In this document: positions 39,131 to 48,039 of the stretch, piece after piece
Layout of the letters: the number at the start of each line of letters is the position of its first letter
How positions within the stretch are numbered: the first letter of the stretch is position 1
Virus record (IMG/VR): IMGVR_UViG_3300033463_000040
Span: 53,319-117,318 of that record
Strand: one strand, 5' to 3'
Source: a virus
Taxonomy: Duplodnaviria > Heunggongvirae > Uroviricota > Caudoviricetes
DNA length: 64,000 bases
Translations under genes and position numbers: made by a program
Notes under the pieces: generated by a model
Database searches by the model: none
Seen by the model: the letters and a program-made list of their open reading frames with translations, nothing else
Told to the model about the DNA's origin: nothing

Positions 39131-39167
39131 ATTATATAATATAGTACATTTTTTACAAAAGTAAAGC
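39131..39167 (-). promoter_or_regulatory. conserved promoter GCTTTAC-N17-19-TATAAT
   Basis: Motif instance; a transcript from here meets the terminator after ~80 nt. Confidence 0.5.
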
Positions 39168-39181
39168 AGTAATTTTATTTA

Positions 39182-39751
39182 TCATTTATTATTCCCATAT
39201 ATACCTGAATTACTACCACAATTTGAACCACAATCTTGATTATCCAAAGGATTACCAATATATTCAGGTGGAGTAGTTACATTACCACAAACAGTACTTA
39301 AATCTACACGTGGAATAATCGATCTGTTATGACCCGCATAAGTTACATTATATCCTCTTTTTATTAATTCTTCATCTGATAATTTAGATAATTCTACTGA
39401 ATCATATACTACATTACCGGGTTCTGCTGGTAATTTAACTTTTTTAGCTTCTTCATCAAAACGCAACGGTTCATTATAAGGATATGGTGGCCATTGTGGA
39501 CCTACAATATCTGGATGAGGTTTTGCTGGATTAAGTCTATGAAATTCTAAAGCTAATACTTTATTTCGCAATGAATCAACCAATATCTCCAAATCTTGAA
39601 TTCTTTCTTCTAACATTTCAATTCTACAATCTGGATTTGCTAAAATTTTTTCATGCTTTTCAGCTGCTTCTTTAGTATTAAAAATTTTACCATCAGAACA
39701 TTTATATGTTTTGATTTCTTCAACTTCTATTTTTTTATATGTTTTAGTCAT
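39182..39751 (-). CDS. hypothetical coiled-coil protein
   Basis: ORF. Confidence 0.4.
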   Translation of the reverse strand: MTKTYKKIEVEEIKTYKCSDGKIFNTKEAAEKHEKILANPDCRIEMLEERIQDLEILVDSLRNKVLALEFHRLNPAKPHPDIVGPQWPPYPYNEPLRFDEEAKKVKLPAEPGNVVYDSVELSKLSDEELIKRGYNVTYAGHNRSIIPRVDLSTVCGNVTTPPEYIGNPLDNQDCGSNCGSNSGIYGNNK

Positions 39752-39763
39752 ATTTTAACTCCT

Positions 39764-40132
39764 TTAATCTTCATTATATTCCATATTCCATTTATCTGCT
39801 AATTTTTGTATTTTTTCTCTAATTATACAAATAATCTTAAATTCATCTTTAGTTAAATTTTCATCACTTAAATCATAGCAATTTGGAACAGGAAACTCTT
39901 TAGATATTTGTTCAAAATAATCTTGCCTAAAACCTTGGATCATTTTAAAATCTTTTATGAAATCTTGCTGAAGTTCTTCTGAAATTTTTAATAAAGCATT
40001 TGAATAATTTTCTATATTAATATATGAATGTATAGATACTGACCAAGGCTTTGCTATTATATTATCTGCTTTTATTGTATATATACCAACTTCACATAAT
40101 AAATTTTTATTTTGTTTTAAACTTATATACAT
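39764..40132 (-). CDS. hypothetical protein
   Basis: ORF with strong SD (aaggagg). Confidence 0.45.
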   Translation of the reverse strand: MYISLKQNKNLLCEVGIYTIKADNIIAKPWSVSIHSYINIENYSNALLKISEELQQDFIKDFKMIQGFRQDYFEQISKEFPVPNCYDLSDENLTKDEFKIICIIREKIQKLADKWNMEYNED

Positions 40133-40157
40133 TAATATCCTCCTTTACTTTTATATT

Positions 40158-40193
40158 TGGAAAAAGGGATAAATACCTATTAACATTTATCCC
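40158..40193 (-). terminator. rho-independent terminator (gggataaat/atttatccc plus T5)
   Basis: Read directly. Confidence 0.55.
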
Positions 40194-40200
40194 TTTCTGA

Positions 40201-40509
40201 TTAATCACAATATGTACATGTTTTAGTAGTTGTATAACTATCTACTTTGTCATAAACTACTCGTGGTTGATACACATCGTAATGATCTTTAACTGTAACT
40301 GTACGACCAGTATGAACTGTAACTGGAGCCATTTTATATGAAGGCATAGCTACACGTTTATTACATACTGAACCATAACAATCATTAGTTACTTGTACTT
40401 GTTGACGAGTAAATACTTCAGATGTAGTTTCTTGTGGAATATAATAATCTGAAGCAAAGCCACAAGTTGTTGTTAAAGCGATAATTGAGGTAATAATAAG
40501 TTTTTTCAT
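40201..40509 (-). CDS. secreted/lipoprotein-like hypothetical protein
   Basis: Signal peptide MKKLIITSIIALTTTCGFA. Confidence 0.45.
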   Translation of the reverse strand: MKKLIITSIIALTTTCGFASDYYIPQETTSEVFTRQQVQVTNDCYGSVCNKRVAMPSYKMAPVTVHTGRTVTVKDHYDVYQPRVVYDKVDSYTTTKTCTYCD

Positions 40510-40523
40510 AGTTTACTCCTTAA

Positions 40524-41777
40524 TTAAATATTACCTAAAATACTAATATCACAATCTGCAACTGATAATCGTTGAGCTAAACTTCTTATAATATCATTTG
40601 CACATTTGTTAATTAGTTCACTTTCTTTTGCAGCTGAAATATTACAAAGATAAGTTTTTGGATTTAAATACCAAAAGAAATTTGTACTTGCAATATCAGT
40701 TGCTTTTAACCCAGCAGTACGAAGAGTATTTACACTACGCTCAATATCAATATCTGATATAAGCTTTGGTAAATTCTTAACTACTTCATCTACTGCAGCT
40801 AAATATTGTTTTAAATGTTTCTTTTCTGTACTTGATTTAATTAATATAATTTGTGGTAATTTATTATTAAACTGATTTGGATATAAAACAACCCCATCTG
40901 CATAAATACTATAACAAATACCATATTTTTCACGAATCTCTTTAATTAAAGGCGCAGATAATCCACCTGATAAAGCAACCTCTAATATAGTTAACATTCT
41001 TGGTGTAGTCATAATATCTTTTAAATAATATGCATGTAATACTTGTACTTGTGCAGTATTTTTCTTTTGTTTATATGGAGATTTTTTCTTTATATCTAAA
41101 TTAAAAGCAGTAGCCGCTTTTTCACTCCATATCTTACGCATATCTTTTTGTGTAGAAAGATAACAATGTTTTATACCAAAATATTTTTCAACAATTTTAC
41201 AAATCTTACGAAATGATAAATGTGAACATACAGAAATTACCATATTTCTTGGTATATATGTATTATAAATAAAATCGTTTACTTGTTTTAATGTAATTTT
41301 TTTAACACTTTTAATAGAGCCAGCCACATCTTCCATACTTAAAAATTCATGAAAATAATTTGTTTCATTTGTTGCTTCAAAATTATCTTCATACATAGCA
41401 ATTTCTTGGCATACAATAGACTTTTCTTTTTCAAATTCTTCTTTACTAATATTTTTATTTAACAACATATCTGCATATATTTCAGCACATTTTTCAAGTT
41501 TTTCTGGTAAACATTCAAAATGAAAACGAACATTATCATAATTAGTCCATGCATTAACAATAGCACCTTGTTGTTCTAATTCTTCAGATATTTGTTTAGT
41601 CGTTCTTTTATGACTTGCTTTGAACATTAAATGCTCAACCAAATGATTAATTCCTTTTTCATTTGATTCTTCTAAAGCACTACCTGTTAAAACATTTACA
41701 TGAAAAGCATCTTTATTATTAACTTTATTTTTTTCATATAATAAAACTAATCCATTATCAAATGTTTTAAATAACAT
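40524..41777 (-). CDS. M16-family (pitrilysin-like) zinc peptidase
   Basis: Inverted zinc motif HLVEH (HxxEH) near the N-terminus; length typical of an M16 domain. Confidence 0.55.
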   Translation of the reverse strand: MLFKTFDNGLVLLYEKNKVNNKDAFHVNVLTGSALEESNEKGINHLVEHLMFKASHKRTTKQISEELEQQGAIVNAWTNYDNVRFHFECLPEKLEKCAEIYADMLLNKNISKEEFEKEKSIVCQEIAMYEDNFEATNETNYFHEFLSMEDVAGSIKSVKKITLKQVNDFIYNTYIPRNMVISVCSHLSFRKICKIVEKYFGIKHCYLSTQKDMRKIWSEKAATAFNLDIKKKSPYKQKKNTAQVQVLHAYYLKDIMTTPRMLTILEVALSGGLSAPLIKEIREKYGICYSIYADGVVLYPNQFNNKLPQIILIKSSTEKKHLKQYLAAVDEVVKNLPKLISDIDIERSVNTLRTAGLKATDIASTNFFWYLNPKTYLCNISAAKESELINKCANDIIRSLAQRLSVADCDISILGNI

Positions 41778-41802
41778 AACTTCGCCTTTTTTTCCTTAAT
41801 AA

Positions 41803-42657
41803 TTATTTATTTAAATTCATTAAAATTGGCATAGAATCACCAGTCATAATTTGTGGCAATTTACCATCCCATTTTTGAACAAATTCATAATTAACTAATT
41901 TTGGATTATTTGCTAAAGCATTTGCACGAATACGCATAGATTCAGCTTCACTTTTTGCACTAATAACTTGCTGTTTAGCTTTTTGTTCAACTTGTTTAGT
42001 ACGATTTTCTTCTTCTAAAGCTTCTTGTTCTGCAACTACTTTCTTTTCAATAGATTTTTCAAATTGATCAGAATAATCAATATTAATCATTTGAAAATTT
42101 GTAATAGTAACAGGATATTTATGTTCAATCATACGAGATTGTAGTGATTTTAAAATATTATCTGCTACTTTATCACGATTAGCAACCATTTGATCTGCAT
42201 TCCATGTACCCACTTCAGCTTTAACGGCTTGTTCTAAGTTAGGATATAAAATACGTTCTTGCCATTGATTACCGTATGTTTTATATGTTTCAATAATATC
42301 ATTACTAATCAAATTATATGAATATGACACAGTAATATTTGCTGTTTGAATATCTTTTGTATAAGTTTGTGTTTTATAATCAGCACGAATCGTTTTAATA
42401 TCAAAAGTTTTTACATCTTGAATAATTGGACACTTGATATGTAAACCTGCTTCATATATATGATTCGAAGCTTTACCAAAAGTAGTTAAGATGGCTCTTT
42501 CACCTTCAGCTACAGTAAACCAAGATCCAAAAATAAGAATTAAACACAAAATCCACAATGCACCGGTAAATAAAGCAGATAATATAAAATCTGTAACATT
42601 TTCATTATCCATATTATAACCATTATTTGGTACAAAATAAAACTTTTTCCATTTCAT
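41803..42657 (-). CDS. SPFH/band-7 (prohibitin/HflC-like) membrane protein
   Basis: N-terminal TM helix, then VAEGERAILTTFGK and a coiled-coil C-terminus. Confidence 0.55.
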   Translation of the reverse strand: MKWKKFYFVPNNGYNMDNENVTDFILSALFTGALWILCLILIFGSWFTVAEGERAILTTFGKASNHIYEAGLHIKCPIIQDVKTFDIKTIRADYKTQTYTKDIQTANITVSYSYNLISNDIIETYKTYGNQWQERILYPNLEQAVKAEVGTWNADQMVANRDKVADNILKSLQSRMIEHKYPVTITNFQMINIDYSDQFEKSIEKKVVAEQEALEEENRTKQVEQKAKQQVISAKSEAESMRIRANALANNPKLVNYEFVQKWDGKLPQIMTGDSMPILMNLNK

Positions 42658-42671
42658 TGTTTACTCCTTTT

Positions 42672-42866
42672 TTATTTCTTTCTATTTTTCTTTGTTGGCT
42701 TAGCTATTTTATATAATTGGATTAAATAAATAACTAAAGCAATAGGTAAAGCTATAATTATAATTGGCCATATCCAAAGTAATAACCATATGCCGAAAAA
42801 CGCAATTATAACAAAAGCAATAATACCCAATATAGTTAGACCTAAGATTTTAAAAAATTCTAACAT
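42672..42866 (-). CDS. small membrane protein
   Basis: ORF, two hydrophobic helices. Confidence 0.35.
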   Translation of the reverse strand: MLEFFKILGLTILGIIAFVIIAFFGIWLLLWIWPIIIIALPIALVIYLIQLYKIAKPTKKNRKK

Positions 42867-42867
42867 G

Positions 42868-43218
42868 TTATTTTCCTTTTTTAGTAGGATAAATTAAAAT
42901 CATATTAGATTTATTATCTTTTTTATTTCTATACTTTTTATCTAATTCGGCCATAGCAATATAACTTTTCAAATACATTTCTAATTTTTTAACTTTGTCT
43001 AAATCTAAACATACCTGATCTGTATAAGGTTTACCATGTTTCAATGTATACCAAATATGTCTAAATCTATGCCAAAATGAAGGTTTATGATAAGCATTTG
43101 CTAAAACACCCATATACAAACCACATTCTAAGCAATCTATATCTTGTGGTTCTAAAACTATATATTCAGATCCACAATCACATTGTACAAATAATTTATC
43201 AATTTTTTTATTTTTCAT
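42868..43218 (-). CDS. zinc-ribbon hypothetical protein
   Basis: CDCG...CLECG. Confidence 0.4.
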   Translation of the reverse strand: MKNKKIDKLFVQCDCGSEYIVLEPQDIDCLECGLYMGVLANAYHKPSFWHRFRHIWYTLKHGKPYTDQVCLDLDKVKKLEMYLKSYIAMAELDKKYRNKKDNKSNMILIYPTKKGK

Positions 43219-43438
43219 TTTTTGCCTCTTTTCTTTTTAAATAGCGCATACGATTATATTCTGCTTTTTTTTCTTTATTTTTATCTATATATTTTCTACC
43301 GGAAGCTCTAATTTTATCTAAAGATTCAGCTCTTTTTTCTAAATAACTTATATACTCTAATATTAATTCCTTAGCTGGATCATCTTTTAAATTTTTTTCA
43401 AGATATTCTGCTACATTTAATTTTGTCCTAGTTTTCAT
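43208..43438 (-). CDS. hypothetical protein
   Basis: ORF. Confidence 0.35.
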   Translation of the reverse strand: MKTRTKLNVAEYLEKNLKDDPAKELILEYISYLEKRAESLDKIRASGRKYIDKNKEKKAEYNRMRYLKRKEAKNEK

Positions 43439-43629
43439 TTACTTTTCCTTTTACTTGTTTTAACATAAGATATTCCTGTACCTGGAATATTATAAGTAGT
43501 ACGATTTATACCATTACTACCATATGTTTTTCTAAAACCAGGCATACCAAAACTAAAACCAAATCCATGTTTACTTAAATTAACACGAAACAAGCCTAAA
43601 TTTAAACTTTTTCTAAATATAAAGCCCAT
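43435..43629 (-). CDS. hypothetical protein
   Basis: ORF. Confidence 0.3.
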   Translation of the reverse strand: MGFIFRKSLNLGLFRVNLSKHGFGFSFGMPGFRKTYGSNGINRTTYNIPGTGISYVKTSKRKSK

Positions 43630-43802
43630 TTAATTTCCTTTATCTATAGATATCTGGAGCATCCAAATCTATTATTCGATATTGATTCCAGTCTAAACCC
43701 ATTTGGCAAAGTATACGCTTAACCTGACCTTTCGATTGACCTGTACAAACTATTTTACAATCTTCTACTTTATTTTCTATAGCTGCAAACATCTCATACT
43801 CC

Positions 43803-44795
43803 TTAAATTCTATAATAATTAAAAGGCATATTTAAATAATACTCTTTTAATTTATTAATTTTTTCTTTAATCTCTTTCATAGAACTTTCTTTATAATTTT
43901 TATTATCTTTTCTTACTAAGCTTATATATTTTTTAGCCTGTTTTTCTTTACCTTGTTTCATTAACAAAGCATAATGTGCATCTACTATAGGATCTTTCAT
44001 TCTAGCTTTATTAAACAAGTACCAATCACATGTTGAAGCTATATCTGTTAATTCAGCATGTGCATTAAAATCATTTCTACAAGATAACAAATACATTACA
44101 TAACACCAAAGCTTTTCAATATTATCTTTGCTATTATTATAGATATCACATAAATGCTTACTATCTATATCATTCCAAGGCAATTTACCAGTATTCAAAA
44201 GATTTAACATATGCTCTGGATATTCCACTAAGTATGGTATTGCAGCTTCTGGATAATTTTGATATTCAGATTTATAGATTTTAGGATTCTTTTTAATAAC
44301 TTGTTTTAATACTTTTTCTGCTTTCTTTTTAGAAAATACCCAACCTTTATAAAGTACTTTAACTTTAGTTTTAGTTTGTTCTGCTTTTGTTTTAGCAGAT
44401 TCATCACCAACTAAACCGGCTACTGTAAAGTCCATAAATAAATTACAAGCTTTACCTTTATAAGTGTATTGTTTTTCTTCAAATTTAATGTAACCAAAAT
44501 GACATGTTGCAAAATAATATTTAGTATTTGCATCACGTGTTCTACATTCAAAAGTATCTAATATTTTACTATCAGATACGCGCTTAATTAATTCAGAACC
44601 TAACCAACGACAAGCCTTTTGAAATGGTAATCTTTTATATAACTTCATCCATTTTTCACGAATTGTATTTTCCAATGAAGGCCAAGTATACATATTATCC
44701 TTAAATTCTTTTATAAAACGAATAGGATGTCTAAATGCAAAAAGAGATGCATACCACATATTATTACTATATCTATAATTCCAAGTATTTATCAT
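43803..44795 (-). CDS. hypothetical protein
   Basis: ORF; conserved promoter upstream. Confidence 0.45.
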   Translation of the reverse strand: MINTWNYRYSNNMWYASLFAFRHPIRFIKEFKDNMYTWPSLENTIREKWMKLYKRLPFQKACRWLGSELIKRVSDSKILDTFECRTRDANTKYYFATCHFGYIKFEEKQYTYKGKACNLFMDFTVAGLVGDESAKTKAEQTKTKVKVLYKGWVFSKKKAEKVLKQVIKKNPKIYKSEYQNYPEAAIPYLVEYPEHMLNLLNTGKLPWNDIDSKHLCDIYNNSKDNIEKLWCYVMYLLSCRNDFNAHAELTDIASTCDWYLFNKARMKDPIVDAHYALLMKQGKEKQAKKYISLVRKDNKNYKESSMKEIKEKINKLKEYYLNMPFNYYRI

Positions 44796-44819
44796 TTTAA
44801 ACCTTTTTATTATATTTTT

Positions 44820-44849
44820 ATTATAATAAAAATTCTAACAATGTAAAGC
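44820..44849 (-). promoter_or_regulatory. conserved promoter GCTTTAC-N17-TATAAT
   Basis: Motif instance. Confidence 0.5.
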
Positions 44850-44856
44850 CATTATT

Positions 44857-45363
44857 TTATTTATGTTCAATGCTAATATTCATTAAAGATGAAAAATTTA
44901 CCTCTTTTAAATTTGTACAATTTTTAAACATATATGCCATGTTAGAATCATTTTCTTTATAATATCCTTCCATTCTTAATAAAATTTCAATACGATCTAA
45001 TTTGTCTTTTGGAAGATTATACATAAAAGATATTTCCCAATTCAATTTATCCGCAGACAATTCTTTTTTAATCATTTCAATAAGATTATTATAGCCTAAG
45101 CCTAATTTTTCTTCTATAAAACTAAACCATTCATGAATACGTGTATCTATCATTTTTAAAACAAAAGGATAATTACCTAAAGTAGCAACAAAATTAAATG
45201 TAATTATACTAGTTTTAGGATCATGTGTAATTTTATCTAATTCATATTTATATGGAATTGGAGTAGTAGGATTATACCACATATCATACAAAGCAGCAAC
45301 AAACTTACTTGTATTTAATAATGGAAAATTTATTCTTAAAAATGTATTACCTTCACTGGCCAT
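44857..45363 (-). CDS. hypothetical protein
   Basis: ORF; a promoter variant (GTTTTAC-N17-TATAAT at 45370-45399) sits so close that the mRNA would be nearly leaderless. Confidence 0.4.
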   Translation of the reverse strand: MASEGNTFLRINFPLLNTSKFVAALYDMWYNPTTPIPYKYELDKITHDPKTSIITFNFVATLGNYPFVLKMIDTRIHEWFSFIEEKLGLGYNNLIEMIKKELSADKLNWEISFMYNLPKDKLDRIEILLRMEGYYKENDSNMAYMFKNCTNLKEVNFSSLMNISIEHK

Positions 45364-45396
45364 ATTTATATTATAACAAATAAATATTAAAAGTAA

Positions 45397-45430
45397 AACA
45401 AAAAAAAAGCTTCTTCAAAAAGAAGAAGCT
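45397..45430 (-). terminator. rho-independent terminator (gcttcttc/gaagaagc plus T-run)
   Basis: Perfect 8-10 bp stem; A12 on plus, so T12 on minus. Confidence 0.6.
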
Positions 45431-45435
45431 TAAAG

Positions 45436-45700
45436 TATAAAAAATAATTACAATTGATGTTAGATAAATGAATTCAATTCCACTAAATAGGAGCGGATTT
45501 TAATATCTATCCAGATATTTAATCCTAAGGAGGTTACCCCTATAGCGATCATTGTTTAACTTTATATATTTTTGCTAGCTTAATATATAAAGCATTCATT
45601 AAATTTATGACTAAAAACAAACTATACAAAGTACAACCGTTTATAGACACATCAGAAAAATGACGAAAACAATAACTTACCGTTTCAACACTTTACTTAT
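45436..45700 (-). ncRNA. candidate ~270-nt sRNA transcribed from the promoter at 45706-45735 to the terminator at 45397-45430
   Basis: Promoter and terminator bracket a segment with no ORF over 30 aa. It contains an extended imperfect hairpin GGATTAAATATC..GATATTAAAATCC. Confidence 0.3.
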
Positions 45701-45705
45701 TATAT

Positions 45706-45735
45706 ATAATAACGTAATTTTTTAAAAAGTAAAGC
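45706..45735 (-). promoter_or_regulatory. conserved promoter GCTTTAC-N17-TATTAT/TATAAT
   Basis: Motif instance with no annotated gene downstream. Confidence 0.45.
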
Positions 45736-45741
45736 AAAAAA

Positions 45742-45957
45742 TTAAAATTTTTTCCGTTTCATAAATCGTTGTAAAATATAGTAAATCATTGGTCCTTCTT
45801 TCCATTCTGATGATACTACATAACCAACTATATTCTTTTTAAATAATCTAGAAGCTGGTTCATATAACTTACAATTAAGTTTTTCTGCTTTTTTCATTAA
45901 TCTATCATGACGACAATCTTTAAAATAATCGCATATCCCTAAAATAATTCTTTTCAT
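45742..45957 (-). CDS. hypothetical protein
   Basis: ORF. Confidence 0.4.
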   Translation of the reverse strand: MKRIILGICDYFKDCRHDRLMKKAEKLNCKLYEPASRLFKKNIVGYVVSSEWKEGPMIYYILQRFMKRKKF

Positions 45958-45960
45958 AAT

Positions 45961-46638
45961 TTACTCCTTATTTTTTTCAAATAATTCTTCACAATATTCT
46001 ACTAAATCATCATAACCTGATTGATTTAAAGATTCCAAATACTTAGTTATACCTGAAAGCATAGCATCATTTTCCATTGTTTGCTTTATTACATCTACAA
46101 CTTCTTGTTTAGGTGTATTTTTTGTTATGATTTTATCATCACATAATAAACATAATGAAATAACTCCATTAAAAGCTGTCTTTACTTTATTTAAATTAAA
46201 GAATTTTTTTGTATTTTTTTCAAAATTAATTGAATTATAATCTATATTTTGTTTGTCTTCATTCAGTAAAGAAAGCATATACCAAATAATTATACTTGAT
46301 AAACTTTCAATTCTACGTACTATAAAAGCTTTTTTGTTTATTTCTCTATATAAGACTAAACTTTCTAAATAAGATAACCAAATATTAATAATTAATTTAT
46401 CCCCATCTTTTTCTGCTGAAAAAAGAGTATCTTCATTACCTTTACCTAAACGTAAAGCTAATACAAAATGTACATCTTCTTTAATTCCCCAATTAATTCT
46501 ATATGCATTACCATTTAGCATTTCTTCATATGCTTGCTTATAATATTCAGATTCGATATCACGTATTAGATGCCTATGTAAAAGTTGAAATAATATACCA
46601 ACTTTTAATGTATTAGTAATCTCTTTTTCAAATTTCAT
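45961..46638 (-). CDS. hypothetical protein
   Basis: ORF; conserved promoter upstream (46664-46694). Confidence 0.45.
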   Translation of the reverse strand: MKFEKEITNTLKVGILFQLLHRHLIRDIESEYYKQAYEEMLNGNAYRINWGIKEDVHFVLALRLGKGNEDTLFSAEKDGDKLIINIWLSYLESLVLYREINKKAFIVRRIESLSSIIIWYMLSLLNEDKQNIDYNSINFEKNTKKFFNLNKVKTAFNGVISLCLLCDDKIITKNTPKQEVVDVIKQTMENDAMLSGITKYLESLNQSGYDDLVEYCEELFEKNKE

Positions 46639-46792
46639 AAAATATCCTTTATTTTACATTTTTTATTATAAGTTAAATATTTTATAATGTAAAGCCATAA
46701 AATTTATGTTCTATATAATAAGAAGTAGCAATGACTGCGACTTCATAATTTCCATGCGATAATATCAAGTGGCGGAACTAAAAGAGTAAAAA

Positions 46793-47293
46793 ATGTTAAA
46801 AGAGACTACTGCCCTCGATTTCTGGGCATTTCGTGAAGATTATGATATTGATAATGTCATATCTGTTTGTAAAGAACAATTTTGTGAAAACTTCATAAAA
46901 ATTTTCCATCAACGTAAACAAGATTCAGAAAAATATCCAGTTAATTTATCTTGCTTAGATAATTATACTGTATTTCGTAATATGTATAATACACACAAGA
47001 ATATTACATTTAATACTAAAAATTTAATGTTTGAAACTTGTGTAACAGATTTATGGGATAGATTTGTAACTTATCTGGAAAGACAAAAGGATAAAAGAGG
47101 AGCACAAGATCCTTATATGGAAGAACAATTGGTAATGAATGGACAATTAGATAAAGTTGCTGTTGATCAAATTACTTTATATGATAAAGCAGACTATCAT
47201 GCTTTCTTTGGATCTGGTGAATTTCCATTTATGAATTTTACTGTAATAAGAGTAGGAACTAAAGAGTATTCTTTCTGGGATATAGTAAGATAA
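46793..47293 (+). CDS. hypothetical protein (one of few plus-strand genes)
   Basis: ORF followed by a bidirectional terminator. Confidence 0.45.
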   Translation: MLKETTALDFWAFREDYDIDNVISVCKEQFCENFIKIFHQRKQDSEKYPVNLSCLDNYTVFRNMYNTHKNITFNTKNLMFETCVTDLWDRFVTYLERQKDKRGAQDPYMEEQLVMNGQLDKVAVDQITLYDKADYHAFFGSGEFPFMNFTVIRVGTKEYSFWDIVR

Positions 47294-47295
47294 AA

Positions 47296-47330
47296 GAAAA
47301 AGGCCTTTAATTAGGCCTTTAATTTTTTTG
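47296..47330. terminator. bidirectional rho-independent terminator (aaggcct/aggcctt, T-runs on both strands)
   Basis: Lies between convergent genes. Confidence 0.6.
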
Positions 47331-47736
47331 CCATATTTAAAAATTCTTCTAATACTACTGAATCTATAGTTAAACCTGAATCTATTAATTTTATATAAAA
47401 TTTAATTAAATCTTTATTATCGCATTCCCAAACCAATTCATAATACATTGGTGATAAATAATTAAATGTATCAGGATTTTTAATAAGTTTAAAATAACTA
47501 AATTTATTATTATCATAAACTAAATAATCCGAATGAGGAAATTCTACATATTTTCCACTTAGCACAATAGGCTGTTCTTTAGGCGGCCAAAATAGATGAA
47601 TAGAATAATAAAAATTAAAAATATTATAACTTTCAACATCTCCATTTTCATAAATAAGCCAATCACCAGAAGAGGTTGATATTTTTTTAAATCTAGTATT
47701 TTCTAATTCATGCATTTTAATCTTCCATAAATTCAC
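47311..47736 (-). CDS. hypothetical protein
   Basis: ORF. Confidence 0.4.
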   Translation of the reverse strand: MNLWKIKMHELENTRFKKISTSSGDWLIYENGDVESYNIFNFYYSIHLFWPPKEQPIVLSGKYVEFPHSDYLVYDNNKFSYFKLIKNPDTFNYLSPMYYELVWECDNKDLIKFYIKLIDSGLTIDSVVLEEFLNMAKKLKA

Positions 47737-48028
47737 TGATTAATTCATTAGTTAAAACTTTTTTAATATCTTCTAATGTTTCAGGATTTGGTTTGCATTT
47801 AATTTCTTCTGCTTTATCTGTAATCATTCCCATGCAAGCTTGAACCATACCCATACGTAAATCAAATTCACTGTATTTTTTATCATCTATGGTTATTTCA
47901 CCATTAATTAATTCTTTAGATATTTCATTATAAGCTTTTATACAAGTATCAATTAAACCGCGTAAATATTCAAAATCTTCTTTCTTTTCATATCTTTGCA
48001 TTAAATATTTTTCACTAGAAGGTAACAT
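47717..48028 (-). CDS. hypothetical protein
   Basis: ORF. Confidence 0.4.
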   Translation of the reverse strand: MLPSSEKYLMQRYEKKEDFEYLRGLIDTCIKAYNEISKELINGEITIDDKKYSEFDLRMGMVQACMGMITDKAEEIKCKPNPETLEDIKKVLTNELISEFMED

Positions 48029-48039
48029 ATCTTACTCCT

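Noticed and set aside
40141-40153. ctttactttt resembling the reverse-orientation promoter motif
   Set aside because: It is the reverse complement of the SD/start region (GTAAAGGAGGATATTAATG) of gene 39764-40132, not a promoter.
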